A stretch of 64,000 nucleotides of DNA, taken from the IMG/VR virus record IMGVR_UViG_2898748948_000001, one strand, 5' to 3'. Below, one piece after another: positions 1-8,150 of the stretch. The stretch comes from an uncultured virus (IMG/VR IMGVR_UViG_2898748948_000001). Lineage: Duplodnaviria > Heunggongvirae > Uroviricota > Caudoviricetes. The notes beneath the pieces are model-generated. The model worked only from the letters and a program-made list of their open reading frames with translations, was not told the origin of the DNA and did no database searches. The number at the start of each line of letters is the position of its first letter. Position 1 is the stretch's first letter. Both the position numbers and the translations under genes were made by a program.

Positions 1-215
1 AGCACCACCCCCATAGCGCCCTGCGGTATCACTCGCCACGCGAGTTCCGCCGAAAGGCCATGGCAACCCGTTAAATTACGTGAGGGTTCCTGTCCTCAAA
101 TACGGGGAGCACTCCAAAGCAGCTGCCCGGCAATGCAAAGAGCTGGCTGGAGGTTCAGCTTCAGAAAATCAAGAAGCTTGTCTCTTGAGTTGCTCTTGCG
201 GGAAGAGAGGCGGCA

Positions 216-247
216 AAAGAAAAAGCTCACGCTTTTGGCGTGAGCCC
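216..247 (-). terminator. Intrinsic terminator downstream of the RRM gene
   Basis: Minus strand reads GCTCACGC-CAAAA-GCGTGAGC followed by TTTTTCTTT. Confidence 0.7.
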
Positions 248-267
248 TTCTTACAGATCGAAGAAGA

Positions 268-519
268 TTATTTGCGTGGACGGGCCAAGGCCACTCCCAG
301 TGCGCGACCGCCAAGCGGCTGGTCATTCAGTGTTTCGATCGCTTTCTGGGCCTGCTCTTGAGTGCCCATTTCAACGAAGCCGAAACCGCGCGAACGGCCA
401 GTGTCACGATCAATGATGACGTCTGCAGCGACCACATCACCGCAGCTGCCGAAATGTGTGCGCAGGGCTTCGCTGTCGATGGAATAGCCGAGATTGGTAA
501 CGTAGAGATTGGATTGCAT
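268..519 (-). CDS. RRM (RNP-1) RNA-binding protein
   Basis: RNP2 LYVTNL and RNP1 RGFGFVEM motifs. Confidence 0.93.
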   Translation of the reverse strand: MQSNLYVTNLGYSIDSEALRTHFGSCGDVVAADVIIDRDTGRSRGFGFVEMGTQEQAQKAIETLNDQPLGGRALGVALARPRK

Positions 520-580
520 TGTGTTCTTTCAAAGATTGCTCACGCATGTCAGCGATGAGCGGTTACAAGATTGATAAGGG

Positions 581-853
581 TCAGCGGCGGCGCTTGAAGG
601 CAGGTTTGGCCCCAGTAGCAGCACCAGTACGAGGAGGAAGATGGCGAAAGGTCACGCGCCCTTTGTTCAGGTCGTAGGGCGACATTTCAACGGTCACTTT
701 GTCGCCTGCCAGAACGCGAATACGGTGCTTGCGCATCTTTCCGCCGCTGTAAGCAATGAGCTGATGGCCGTTTTCCAGAGTCACGCGAAATCGCGCATCT
801 GGCAGTACCTCGTCAACTCGGCCCGACATCTCGATTAGTTCTTCTTTAGCCAA
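581..853 (-). CDS. infA: Translation initiation factor IF-1 (paralog, TTG start)
   Basis: [10 protein letters not shown]...[35 protein letters not shown] is the IF-1 signature. Confidence 0.95.
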   Translation of the reverse strand: MAKEELIEMSGRVDEVLPDARFRVTLENGHQLIAYSGGKMRKHRIRVLAGDKVTVEMSPYDLNKGRVTFRHLPPRTGAATGAKPAFKRRR

Positions 854-884
854 AGTGTCTCCTGTGAGTGAAGGATTCAGCCGC

Positions 885-1103
885 TCAGTTCAGCCTTTGG
901 TTCAACACCATGTTTCGCCCCTCAGTCAGGGCGTAGTTAGAGGCGAGCGACTCGTTAGAAAACTGAGGGACAAATCGAATGACGCGGTCATAAGTGCCGC
1001 GGCGAATGGAAACGGCAGCCAGGAATTGGCCGCTGGTGCTCGGCTGTGTCAGAGGTGTGACCACGTAGCGGCCAATCTGCTCTGTAATGTTTTTGTGCAG
1101 CAT
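885..1103 (-). CDS. Small hypothetical protein
   Basis: ORF co-oriented with infA/RRM, protein-like composition. Confidence 0.65.
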   Translation of the reverse strand: MLHKNITEQIGRYVVTPLTQPSTSGQFLAAVSIRRGTYDRVIRFVPQFSNESLASNYALTEGRNMVLNQRLN

Positions 1104-1504
1104 GAAATCGGACGGCCGCACGCACGATTGCGCAGACCATCAAGTGAGATAGGGAAGGCCCGCTGTGAATGCAGGGGGCAACGCAGATCCATAAGGATGT
1201 TCAGGATCTGGTGAGTTCGCCTAGAGGGGAGTGACCACCGCGTGCTTTGCGAGAAGAGCGGCTACCTGCGGCCAAGGGGCGGCAATGGTGTCAGACAGGC
1301 ACTGTTGGGGCGAACGGCCTAAACAGCGAGTGAAACCAGTATAGGTGAATTGAAAGACCTTGGAATCACAACATTCAGCTTCACTGAAGGACGCGGTCCT
1401 TGGAGGCGGTCGAACGATACCCCTCGAAAAAGAAATCAATAGACCTGTCTGCAGTAAGCCTGTACCGTGGGGCAACTGTTTGGAAATTTAGCGAGAGCCT
1501 TGCA

Positions 1505-1687
1505 ATGAGCACAACTAAAAAGTCGGCCGTCCACCATGTTGTGGAGGCCAAGCGATGGGAGCTCAGCCGGGAGAAAGAGCGCATCACCTATCCTCCCGAA
1601 CATGCCGGCCCTGTACAGATGGACTGGCGCAAGCGCGAGAACTACTCTGCCAGCGACCTCGACTATCGAGGCCGGAACAAGACCTAG
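1505..1687 (+). CDS. Small phage hypothetical protein
   Basis: ATG at 1505, followed by a terminator hairpin at 1712-1735. Confidence 0.5.
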   Translation: MSTTKKSAVHHVVEAKRWELSREKERITYPPEHAGPVQMDWRKRENYSASDLDYRGRNKT

Positions 1688-1925
1688 AGGTTCTTCCACC
1701 CTATTGCCATTGCCCGCCTTCGTGCGGGCTTTTTTATGAACAGCATCGACATGACAAATATCAATACCCCCAAGTGCTGCTCAAGCTGCGGCGCGCCCTT
1801 TTTGAAGCCTCAAAGAGGAGCAAGGTCACCCACCTCCTTGCCGCCACTAACAGGCACATATTTACAAGATTACAGCCCGCCACTGAGCGGGCTTTTCTCA
1901 TTCTCTGGAGCTGAAAATTGTCTCG

Positions 1926-2471
1926 CTACTGTGGGACAACCTGGACTTGGCTCAGGTCCACACCCAGCGATTGGGCCTTCTCCAGCAATCGCCTAAATTG
2001 CTGCTCAGGGATACTCTTGCTTCGGGAGAGCAGCCAGAAATAGTCGCGGCTGTTGCCAATCACCAAAGACGTCTGGTACTGGTCATCCAGACTCACCACG
2101 TTGTAGCCGCCGTAGAACGGACCAAAGAAAGACACCTTGAGCGCGGCGATACTGGGATCGCTCAGGAATCGCGCCTTGCCATTGGCTTGACGCCATTCCT
2201 TCTTCGATGCGTCATAGCCTCGATTGACCACGGCCACGGTGCCATCATCGTTAAGGCTGTACTGCGCAGAGACCTGAGTCAGACCTTTTTCAAAACTGTG
2301 CTCTATGCGGGCCAGTTCGTACCAAGTTCCCATGTAGCGCTTGGCATCAAAGCCAGTCACAGGCTGTAGGCCTTTAGGCACCGAGACAGCGCAGCCATAC
2401 AGCGCAGCAACTCCTGCTGCAACCACGGTTAACGCAGCAGTACGAATTAGAGAGCTTCTCGAAAAACGCAT
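1926..2471 (-). CDS. blc: Outer-membrane lipoprotein, Blc-family lipocalin
   Basis: Lipobox LYGC; RYMGTWYELAR, LKVSFFGPFYGGY and YFWLLSR motifs. Confidence 0.92.
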   Translation of the reverse strand: MRFSRSSLIRTAALTVVAAGVAALYGCAVSVPKGLQPVTGFDAKRYMGTWYELARIEHSFEKGLTQVSAQYSLNDDGTVAVVNRGYDASKKEWRQANGKARFLSDPSIAALKVSFFGPFYGGYNVVSLDDQYQTSLVIGNSRDYFWLLSRSKSIPEQQFRRLLEKAQSLGVDLSQVQVVPQ

Positions 2472-2555
2472 TGTTGTTTCCTGAGGTTGAAAGCGTCATT
2501 CAACCATCCACCAACCAGCCCGCCTTGAAGAGCGGGCTTTTTGCTTTCTGGAGCC

Positions 2556-3479
2556 ATGAAACCGGCGTACTACAACGAAATAGACAAGTTCGCGGCACAG
2601 ATGCTGCGCAACCTCATTGCCGCCGGACATATAGCACCAGGCGACGTTGACGAAAGGAGCATCGAGGATGTTCACCCCTCAGACCTCAAGCCATACACCC
2701 AGTGCCATTTCTTCGCAGGCGTCGGTGTCTGGTCCTATGCACTTCGCCGCGCCGGCTGGCCAGATGATCGACCTGTTTGGACCGGTTCCTGTCCCTGCCA
2801 ACCTTTCAGCTCGGCAGGCGAAGGAGCTGGGTTTGATGACGAGCGGCACCTTTGGCCGCACTTCTTCCACCTCATTGAACAGCGCCGCCCTGCAGGAATC
2901 TTTGGAGAGCAGGTTGCGAGCCGTGACGCAAATCCTTGGATCGACCTTGTACAAGATGACTTGGAAGGCTTGGGATACAGGGTCGGGGCGGTCCCGTTTC
3001 CGTCTGCGGGCGTCGGTGCTCCGCACATCCGTGACCGGCTCTACTGGATGGCCCACGCCGGCAGCCAGAGATTGGAAAAGCGGTTGCGATACGCCAGAAA
3101 ACCGGGTGGCGCGGAACGCGGGCGGAATGCTCATGCAAGAAGCGGTGGCACTGGCCGGCTGGAACACTCCCGACAGCACCATGACGCAAGCCAAGGCTCG
3201 GCCACCAGTGCTTGGAAACCGCAAGCCAACCGATCCGCAGATCAGCTTGGCGGATCAAGCGCTTCACCTAGCACCGGGCCCAGCCCGACTAACGGCCTCT
3301 GGTCAGTTGCTGACTGGCTCCTGTGCCGAGATGGAAAGTGGCGGCCAGTTGAACCCGGCACATTCCCGTTGGCTCATGGGGCTCCCGCCAGAGTGGGACG
3401 CCTGCGCGCCTACGGCAATGCCATCAACGCGGAACAGGCGCGCATCTTCATCGAAGCGGGCATGAGCTGCATGCCCTGA
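2556..3479 (+). CDS. Phage DNA (cytosine-5) methyltransferase, main polypeptide
   Basis: FFAGVG (motif I), GSCPCQPFS (IV), GEQV (VI), PHIRDR (VIII), YGNAI (X); GGAG RBS. Confidence 0.9.
   Translation: MKPAYYNEIDKFAAQMLRNLIAAGHIAPGDVDERSIEDVHPSDLKPYTQCHFFAGVGVWSYALRRAGWPDDRPVWTGSCPCQPFSSAGEGAGFDDERHLWPHFFHLIEQRRPAGIFGEQVASRDANPWIDLVQDDLEGLGYRVGAVPFPSAGVGAPHIRDRLYWMAHAGSQRLEKRLRYARKPGGAERGRNAHARSGGTGRLEHSRQHHDASQGSATSAWKPQANRSADQLGGSSASPSTGPSPTNGLWSVADWLLCRDGKWRPVEPGTFPLAHGAPARVGRLRAYGNAINAEQARIFIEAGMSCMP
2668..3465 (+). CDS. Nested out-of-frame ORF, putative second MTase polypeptide (TRD plus motif IX)
   Basis: 265 open codons in the +1 frame, WPTP/WNTP repeats, [13 protein letters not shown] resembles motif IX; upstream AAGGAG/GAGG. 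Confidence 0.65.
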   Translation: MFTPQTSSHTPSAISSQASVSGPMHFAAPAGQMIDLFGPVPVPANLSARQAKELGLMTSGTFGRTSSTSLNSAALQESLESRLRAVTQILGSTLYKMTWKAWDTGSGRSRFRLRASVLRTSVTGSTGWPTPAARDWKSGCDTPENRVARNAGGMLMQEAVALAGWNTPDSTMTQAKARPPVLGNRKPTDPQISLADQALHLAPGPARLTASGQLLTGSCAEMESGGQLNPAHSRWLMGLPPEWDACAPTAMPSTRNRRASSSKRA

Positions 3480-3534
3480 CCACCAACACCCCAGCCCGCA
3501 GCCGCGGGCTTTTCTCATTCTGGGAGCCACCTAT

Positions 3535-4086
3535 ATGCAAGACAAGACTTCTAACCACGCCCCCATTCCCACAGAGCTCAACATCGCGCCGCGTGGGAAA
3601 TCGTGGCTTCACGGGCAGCTTATTGATGGCGAGCAAGGCCATCCCACCAGGCAAAGCATGGAAAGCGCAGATCGCGCGCAGGCCATCGAAGCAGCCCCTG
3701 CCCAGGCAGCGCCCGCAGCCGTGGCAGTGCCTGATGGCTGGAAGCTGGTGCCGGTGGATTTGACGCCCGAAATGAAGCGCGAGTTCATGGATCTGCTCAT
3801 GGACGGCATCGACATTTATGTGAACCGCCGCGATCAGATCGAAATCCAGACTGACTCACCGCGCAGGATCTGGAAAGCGGTACTTGCTCTCTCGCCAGCA
3901 GCACCCATGGCGCAGGCAGACGCGCGGGATGCGGCGCGATTCCGCTGGCTTGTCGAAGACCACGCCTCACTACAAGCACGCATAGCCCGCAACGCAATAT
4001 GCGAGCGCCTTGCAGTGATGAGTTACAGCGCCGCTTGCGCCGACATAGACGCAGCTAGCGCTATCGCGGCAGCAAAGGGGGAGTGA
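3535..4086 (+). CDS. Mosaic phage hypothetical protein
   Basis: VPDGWKLVP and RDAARFRWL motifs typical of lambdoid early-arm mosaic genes; GGGAG RBS. Confidence 0.75.
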   Translation: MQDKTSNHAPIPTELNIAPRGKSWLHGQLIDGEQGHPTRQSMESADRAQAIEAAPAQAAPAAVAVPDGWKLVPVDLTPEMKREFMDLLMDGIDIYVNRRDQIEIQTDSPRRIWKAVLALSPAAPMAQADARDAARFRWLVEDHASLQARIARNAICERLAVMSYSAACADIDAASAIAAAKGE

Positions 4087-4898
4087 TGCAGCACATCGTC
4101 TGCTATTCAGGCGGCCACAGCTCCGCCCTGGTGGCGCTCGATGTGGCCCATCGCTACGGCACCAAGAACCTTGTACTGCTGAACCATGACATGCATTTCA
4201 GCGTGGAGCATGCGGACATCAAGCGATTCAAGCGTGAAGTGGCCGAGCTATTGCGCGTGCCGATTACGTTCGCCAACCGGCGCAATGCCACACAAGACCA
4301 GTTCGATGTGTGCGTGGAGTCGGGAGCCTTCAAGGTTAACAACGGGCAAGAGCTATGCACGGCGCGACTCAAGACCGAGCCATTCATGGAGTGGCTGGGC
4401 GCGAATGCATCGCAGGATGACAGCACTATCTATTACGGCTTCGATGCCAACGAGCAAGACCGCATTCAGCGCCGCGCCGGGATCATGGGAGCGCAGGGCT
4501 GGAAGACGGACTACCCGCTGATCTGGATGGAGCGCAAGCACGAGAGCACCGAGGCCTTGGGCATCCCGCGCCCCTGCACCTACAGCGTCTTCAAGCACGG
4601 CAACTGCATCGGCTGCCTCAAGGCTGGCTGGCAGCACTGGTACATCGTCTATTGCACGCGCCCGGACATCTGGCTCAAAGCCAAGTGGGCAGAGGACGAG
4701 ATTGGTCACGCTATCCACTGGGACGGCGACCAGCCGGTCTATCTGGAAGACATGGAGCCGAAATTCGCAGCGATGAAGGCTGCCGGCATTCCTGCAACTG
4801 AGCACATCCCGCATCAGCGGTTCTGGGCTCAGGCCAACAAGATAGTTCAGATCAACGCAATACAGGAGTCTCTGCCATGCGAATGCACGCACGGATAG
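4086..4898 (+). CDS. PAPS-reductase/PP-loop family phage protein
   Basis: YSGGHSS PP-loop, CTARLK, HGNCIGCLK, terminal CEC. Confidence 0.8.
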   Translation: MQHIVCYSGGHSSALVALDVAHRYGTKNLVLLNHDMHFSVEHADIKRFKREVAELLRVPITFANRRNATQDQFDVCVESGAFKVNNGQELCTARLKTEPFMEWLGANASQDDSTIYYGFDANEQDRIQRRAGIMGAQGWKTDYPLIWMERKHESTEALGIPRPCTYSVFKHGNCIGCLKAGWQHWYIVYCTRPDIWLKAKWAEDEIGHAIHWDGDQPVYLEDMEPKFAAMKAAGIPATEHIPHQRFWAQANKIVQINAIQESLPCECTHG

Positions 4899-4938
4899 CA
4901 GCACAGCGCGCCGCCCAGGCAGCGCAAGGGGGTGAAGC

Positions 4939-5502
4939 ATGAAAATCGAAACCGGAACAGTCTCCCTTGTTCGCATCACTGACGTGAAGGGGCTGGACCC
5001 AATCCGCGTAACGCTTGACGACATTGGCCCCGGTAAGGGGCGCATCAATATCGAATGCTACGGACAGGCCTGGGCCAGCTACTGGGGCGGCATGGGCGGT
5101 AAAACCATCGCGCAGTTTTTCGCAAGCTGCGACAACTGCTACTTGATAAGCAATCTTGCCGAGCACATTGATCGCACGGTGTTTTCAGGGGAGCAGTTCG
5201 TGGAGCGCTGCCAAAAGCGTATCTGCAAGATGCGCCGCAGTCGTGAACTGGACTCAGAAAAGGCGCGGGAGTATTTCGATGACGCCGATGACTTGACCTG
5301 GTGCGAGGGTACTGATGCGCTAGTGAACACAGTCAGCAAGGACTTTCTGCATGACATTTATGGCGCGGAATGGTGGTACGGGACTGACGAAGACTCACAG
5401 GCTCAACACCCTCAGCGCGCCTACCTGAGTCGAATCATTGATGCCGTGCGCGCTGCGCTGCAAACACTGGCAGCAGCCAAGGAAGGAGCGCAGCAGGGAT
5501 GA
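4939..5502 (+). CDS. Phage hypothetical protein
   Basis: 187-aa ORF in the operon with RBS. Confidence 0.75.
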   Translation: MKIETGTVSLVRITDVKGLDPIRVTLDDIGPGKGRINIECYGQAWASYWGGMGGKTIAQFFASCDNCYLISNLAEHIDRTVFSGEQFVERCQKRICKMRRSRELDSEKAREYFDDADDLTWCEGTDALVNTVSKDFLHDIYGAEWWYGTDEDSQAQHPQRAYLSRIIDAVRAALQTLAAAKEGAQQG

Positions 5503-5711
5503 GAGTTGAAGCAAAGATCGCGAAGGCTCGAGCAGAGTCCGAAGACTTTGGTCGCTATGCGGAGGTGATGCTGGAAGAAATCCCAGACATGAATTTTCCC
5601 ATACTGCGCGACTGCTACAAGCACAACGCTACAGCTGGTGAGTATCGAGCTCACTTTGAGCGGCATCGCGTGGCAGCCCAGCGCGCCCAGGCGCAGAAAG
5701 GCCAAGCATGA
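5499..5711 (+). CDS. Small phage hypothetical protein
   Basis: ATGA overlap with the upstream gene. Confidence 0.6.
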   Translation: MRVEAKIAKARAESEDFGRYAEVMLEEIPDMNFPILRDCYKHNATAGEYRAHFERHRVAAQRAQAQKGQA

Positions 5712-5785
5712 GCCGCCGAGCCCGCGACCGCGGCGACAAGCGCGACAGATGGCGCGAACCAATCAACCACCCCGAGCCCCGCTGA
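5708..5785 (+). CDS. 25-aa Arg-rich micro-protein MSRRARDRGDKRDRWREPINHPEPR (copy 1)
   Basis: ATGA-coupled to the upstream stop; identical peptide at 63315-63392 with 3 synonymous differences. Confidence 0.6.
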   Translation: MSRRARDRGDKRDRWREPINHPEPR

Positions 5786-5814
5786 TGCGGGGCTTTTTTA
5801 TGGAATTAATGATC

Positions 5815-6042
5815 ATGAGCACGTTCTTAACTCCAGATGAAATCAGGGAACTCACCGGCATCGCGCGCGGCAAGGCGGGGAAGACCCGCGAAATGCTTCA
5901 GGCAGCCGCCCTGCGCACCATGAAGATTCCGTTTTATCTCAACGCTGTGGGTCGGCCTATCGTTACCCGTCACTCTATTGAAGGCCAGGCCATTCCAGAG
6001 GTCAGCACCGCAACATGGGAGCCTGCGTTTAGCCATGGTTAA
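5815..6042 (+). CDS. Excisionase-like protein (DUF4224-type)
   Basis: FLTPDEIRELTG...LRTMKIPFYLNAVGRPIV; overlaps the integrase start. Confidence 0.8.
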   Translation: MSTFLTPDEIRELTGIARGKAGKTREMLQAAALRTMKIPFYLNAVGRPIVTRHSIEGQAIPEVSTATWEPAFSHG

Positions 6043-7069
6043 AGCAATGCCCAACTTCCGGGCCCGCAAACAGAAGTCCGGCACAACCTACTACTACTTC
6101 GACACCGGCGCCAAGCCGCGCAAAGAGATCCCGCTCGGCAGCGATTACAGAGTCGCTGTGCAGAAATGGCTTGAACTCTCGGCCATGCCTGCCAGGCCCG
6201 TCGCTGAGAACTTCGCAGAGCTGGCGGACAAATACGAGGCAGAGGTCATCCCCCTCAAAGCCAAGTCCACACAGGCCACCCAATTGGGTGACTTGAAGAA
6301 GCTGCGCACCTTCTTCTGCAACCCGACGCCGGCCCCGCTGAATGCCATCAAGCCCAAGCACATCTATCTGCTGCTGCAATGGGCAAAGGACACTCCCACC
6401 ACAGCCAACCGGCTCAAGCGCGTGTTCTCACACATGTTCAACATGGCCCGGGCCTGGGGCTGGACGGAGAACGAGAACCCTTGCACGGGCATAGAAGGGC
6501 ACTCGCTCGGCAAGCGCGAGGTCTACATCTCCGATGAGGTCTATCGCCTGGTCTACGAGCATGGCAACGTGGCATTGAAGGACGCCATGGACCTGGCCTA
6601 TCTGACTGGCCAGCGGCCCGGCGATACCCGGTCCCTTACCGACCACGACATCATTGACGGTTACCTCGTAATCAAGCAGAGCAAAACCTCCGCGGCGCTT
6701 CGATTCATCATCGAAGGCGAGCTCAAGGCCCTGCTGGATCGTATCGAGGAGCGAAAGCGATCACACAAGACTTGGAGCGCAAATCTGCTGGTCAGCCAAT
6801 ACGGTAAGGCCATGTCCAAACAAATGCTTCGCAAAGCGTTTGAGACTGCGCGATCTGACGCCGCCGACGAGGCTGATAAGTCAGGCAATGCCGCGCTGGC
6901 CGCGCAGATCCGTGCCTTCTGGTTCTATGACCTTCGCGCCAAAGCTGCAGACGATGTTGCCGACGAACGCGGAGAACTGGCTGCGTCCAAGCAATTGGGG
7001 CACACGTCTGTGCAGACGACCAAGCGCCACTACCTGCGCCGAGGCACTAGGGTTCAAGCTACAAAATAG
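6035..7069 (+). CDS. int: Tyrosine recombinase/integrase of prophage 1
   Basis: TGQRPGD, QSKT, YDLRAKA, LGH and HY catalytic-type residues; adjacent to a tRNA fragment. Confidence 0.93.
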   Translation: MVKAMPNFRARKQKSGTTYYYFDTGAKPRKEIPLGSDYRVAVQKWLELSAMPARPVAENFAELADKYEAEVIPLKAKSTQATQLGDLKKLRTFFCNPTPAPLNAIKPKHIYLLLQWAKDTPTTANRLKRVFSHMFNMARAWGWTENENPCTGIEGHSLGKREVYISDEVYRLVYEHGNVALKDAMDLAYLTGQRPGDTRSLTDHDIIDGYLVIKQSKTSAALRFIIEGELKALLDRIEERKRSHKTWSANLLVSQYGKAMSKQMLRKAFETARSDAADEADKSGNAALAAQIRAFWFYDLRAKAADDVADERGELAASKQLGHTSVQTTKRHYLRRGTRVQATK

Positions 7070-7124
7070 AGGTATTCTTGCTCCGCAAAGGCTTTAGCTG
7101 CAACACGTTTGCGTCATTTAAACA

Positions 7125-7140
7125 CTGTTTAAACATACAG
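7125..7140. promoter_or_regulatory. Candidate LexA box in the att arm
   Basis: CTGTTTAAACATACAG matches CTGT-N8-ACAG. Confidence 0.45.
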
Positions 7141-7194
7141 TAAAGCGGAGCATAAAACCTCGGGAAACCCGCTTGTGCGCTTGATTGTTGGGTG

Positions 7195-7236
7195 AGCTTA
7201 GAAGGCTGTTGCTCTATCCAACTGAGCTACGGGCAG
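7195..7236 (-). tRNA. 5' half of tRNA-Arg(UCU), truncated just after the anticodon loop (att site)
   Basis: Minus strand CTGCCCG-TA-GCTCAGTTGGATAGAGC-A-ACAGC-CTTCTAA-GCT, then no T arm or acceptor 3' strand. Confidence 0.85.
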
Positions 7237-7243
7237 ATGATTG

Positions 7244-7270
7244 AAACAACCCAGCATGTGCTGGGTTGTT
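7244..7270 (-). terminator. Hairpin terminator downstream of the tmRNA-like 3' end
   Basis: AACAACCCAGCA/TGCTGGGTTGTT inverted repeat. Confidence 0.65.
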
Positions 7271-7276
7271 GGGAGA

Positions 7277-7307
7277 TGGTGGACTGGCGGGAATTGAACC
7301 CGCGTCC
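7277..7307 (-). ncRNA. ssrA: 3'-end fragment of tmRNA (att site of prophage 2)
   Basis: Minus strand GGACGCGGGTTCAATTCCCGCCAGTCCACCA: T arm plus CCA, tmRNA-like; acceptor strand 1 nt short. Confidence 0.72.
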
Positions 7308-7699
7308 GCACTTGGCTCCATGCGGCTCTCAGGGCATCGGTGCGAAATCGGTGCGATTTTTCACCCTTCACACGACACGGCAGGACACCGATAGCGCTTT
7401 TTCCAGTTCCGGCGCCGTGGCTTTATTGCCGAAAATCGATCCATCCAAGCATGTGGCTGCGGGTTTTTTGCATCAATTTGCAACACAGAAACACCGCTCA
7501 AACGCCACAAATAGCCCATGATTGCGACCACCTTCCTTTGTCTCATAGTCGGCGTCTCAGACGACGCCCCTGATCGCCCGATGTGGCGAGCCCGGCCAAT
7601 ATGAGCAGGCCACGGTAAGGCTGCAGAGCATCGACGCAACGGTTACACAGTTCTATTGAGATAAACACTGCGTGGCAGCGTATTTACAGCGGACAAATC

Positions 7700-7729
7700 A
7701 ACAAGGGCGGCACGAAGCCGCCCTTGTTA
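7700..7729 (-). terminator. Terminator of the secreted-protein operon
   Basis: AACAAGGGCGGC-ACGAA-GCCGCCCTTGTT. Confidence 0.7.
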
Positions 7730-7787
7730 GGTGAGTTTGCGGTTAGCACTAATCGAGTGCTGTCGCCCTGTGATGCCTTTGACCAGC

Positions 7788-8120
7788 CTATTCGCTTGTA
7801 GGCACAAAAAACAGGTACTCACCTGGCCCCATCTGCGGGGTAATCACATAGCCTTCGCATTGTCTGTCCTTGCATTTCACAGGGATAGCGCGAGGCCAGA
7901 TAGTTGCTGCAGTAGGGTAACCAGGCAGGTACTGCGGCACATGCCAGACGCCATAGTCCCCCACTGGCTCGGCTTGCTGCATCCCTGTCGCACCTTGTTC
8001 GCCGCTGCCGAAGACCTGACGTTGAATGCTCAACGGTTCATTGATGGCCCTGGAGTCGGGCGCAGCCAATGACGAAGCGCTGCATAGTGCAATCGCTAAA
8101 AGAGCTAGAGTCTTGCCCAT
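7788..8120 (-). CDS. Secreted small protein
   Basis: Signal peptide MGKTLALLAIALCSASSLA; GGAGG RBS; PQYLPGYPTAATIWPR and a Cys pair. Confidence 0.8.
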   Translation of the reverse strand: MGKTLALLAIALCSASSLAAPDSRAINEPLSIQRQVFGSGEQGATGMQQAEPVGDYGVWHVPQYLPGYPTAATIWPRAIPVKCKDRQCEGYVITPQMGPGEYLFFVPTSE

Positions 8121-8150
8121 AGCGGCCTCCTAGATTAGGAATCACACCCA

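Larger units (their letters stand above)
1..7236. mobile_element. Prophage 1, distal (integrase) end; left part lies outside the window
   Basis: Run of phage-type early genes (MTase, PAPS-reductase-like, xis, tyrosine integrase) ending at a tRNA fragment. Confidence 0.85.

Noticed and set aside
1736..1996. Zn-finger ORF MNSIDMTNINTPKCCSSCG
   Set aside because: Runs through a terminator and into blc; probably a gene remnant
7160..7236. Intact tRNA-Arg gene
   Set aside because: Sequence diverges three bases after the anticodon loop; no T arm or acceptor 3' strand
7192..7639. ORFs across the att junction
   Set aside because: Overlap RNA fragments and att arms; no motifs or clear RBS
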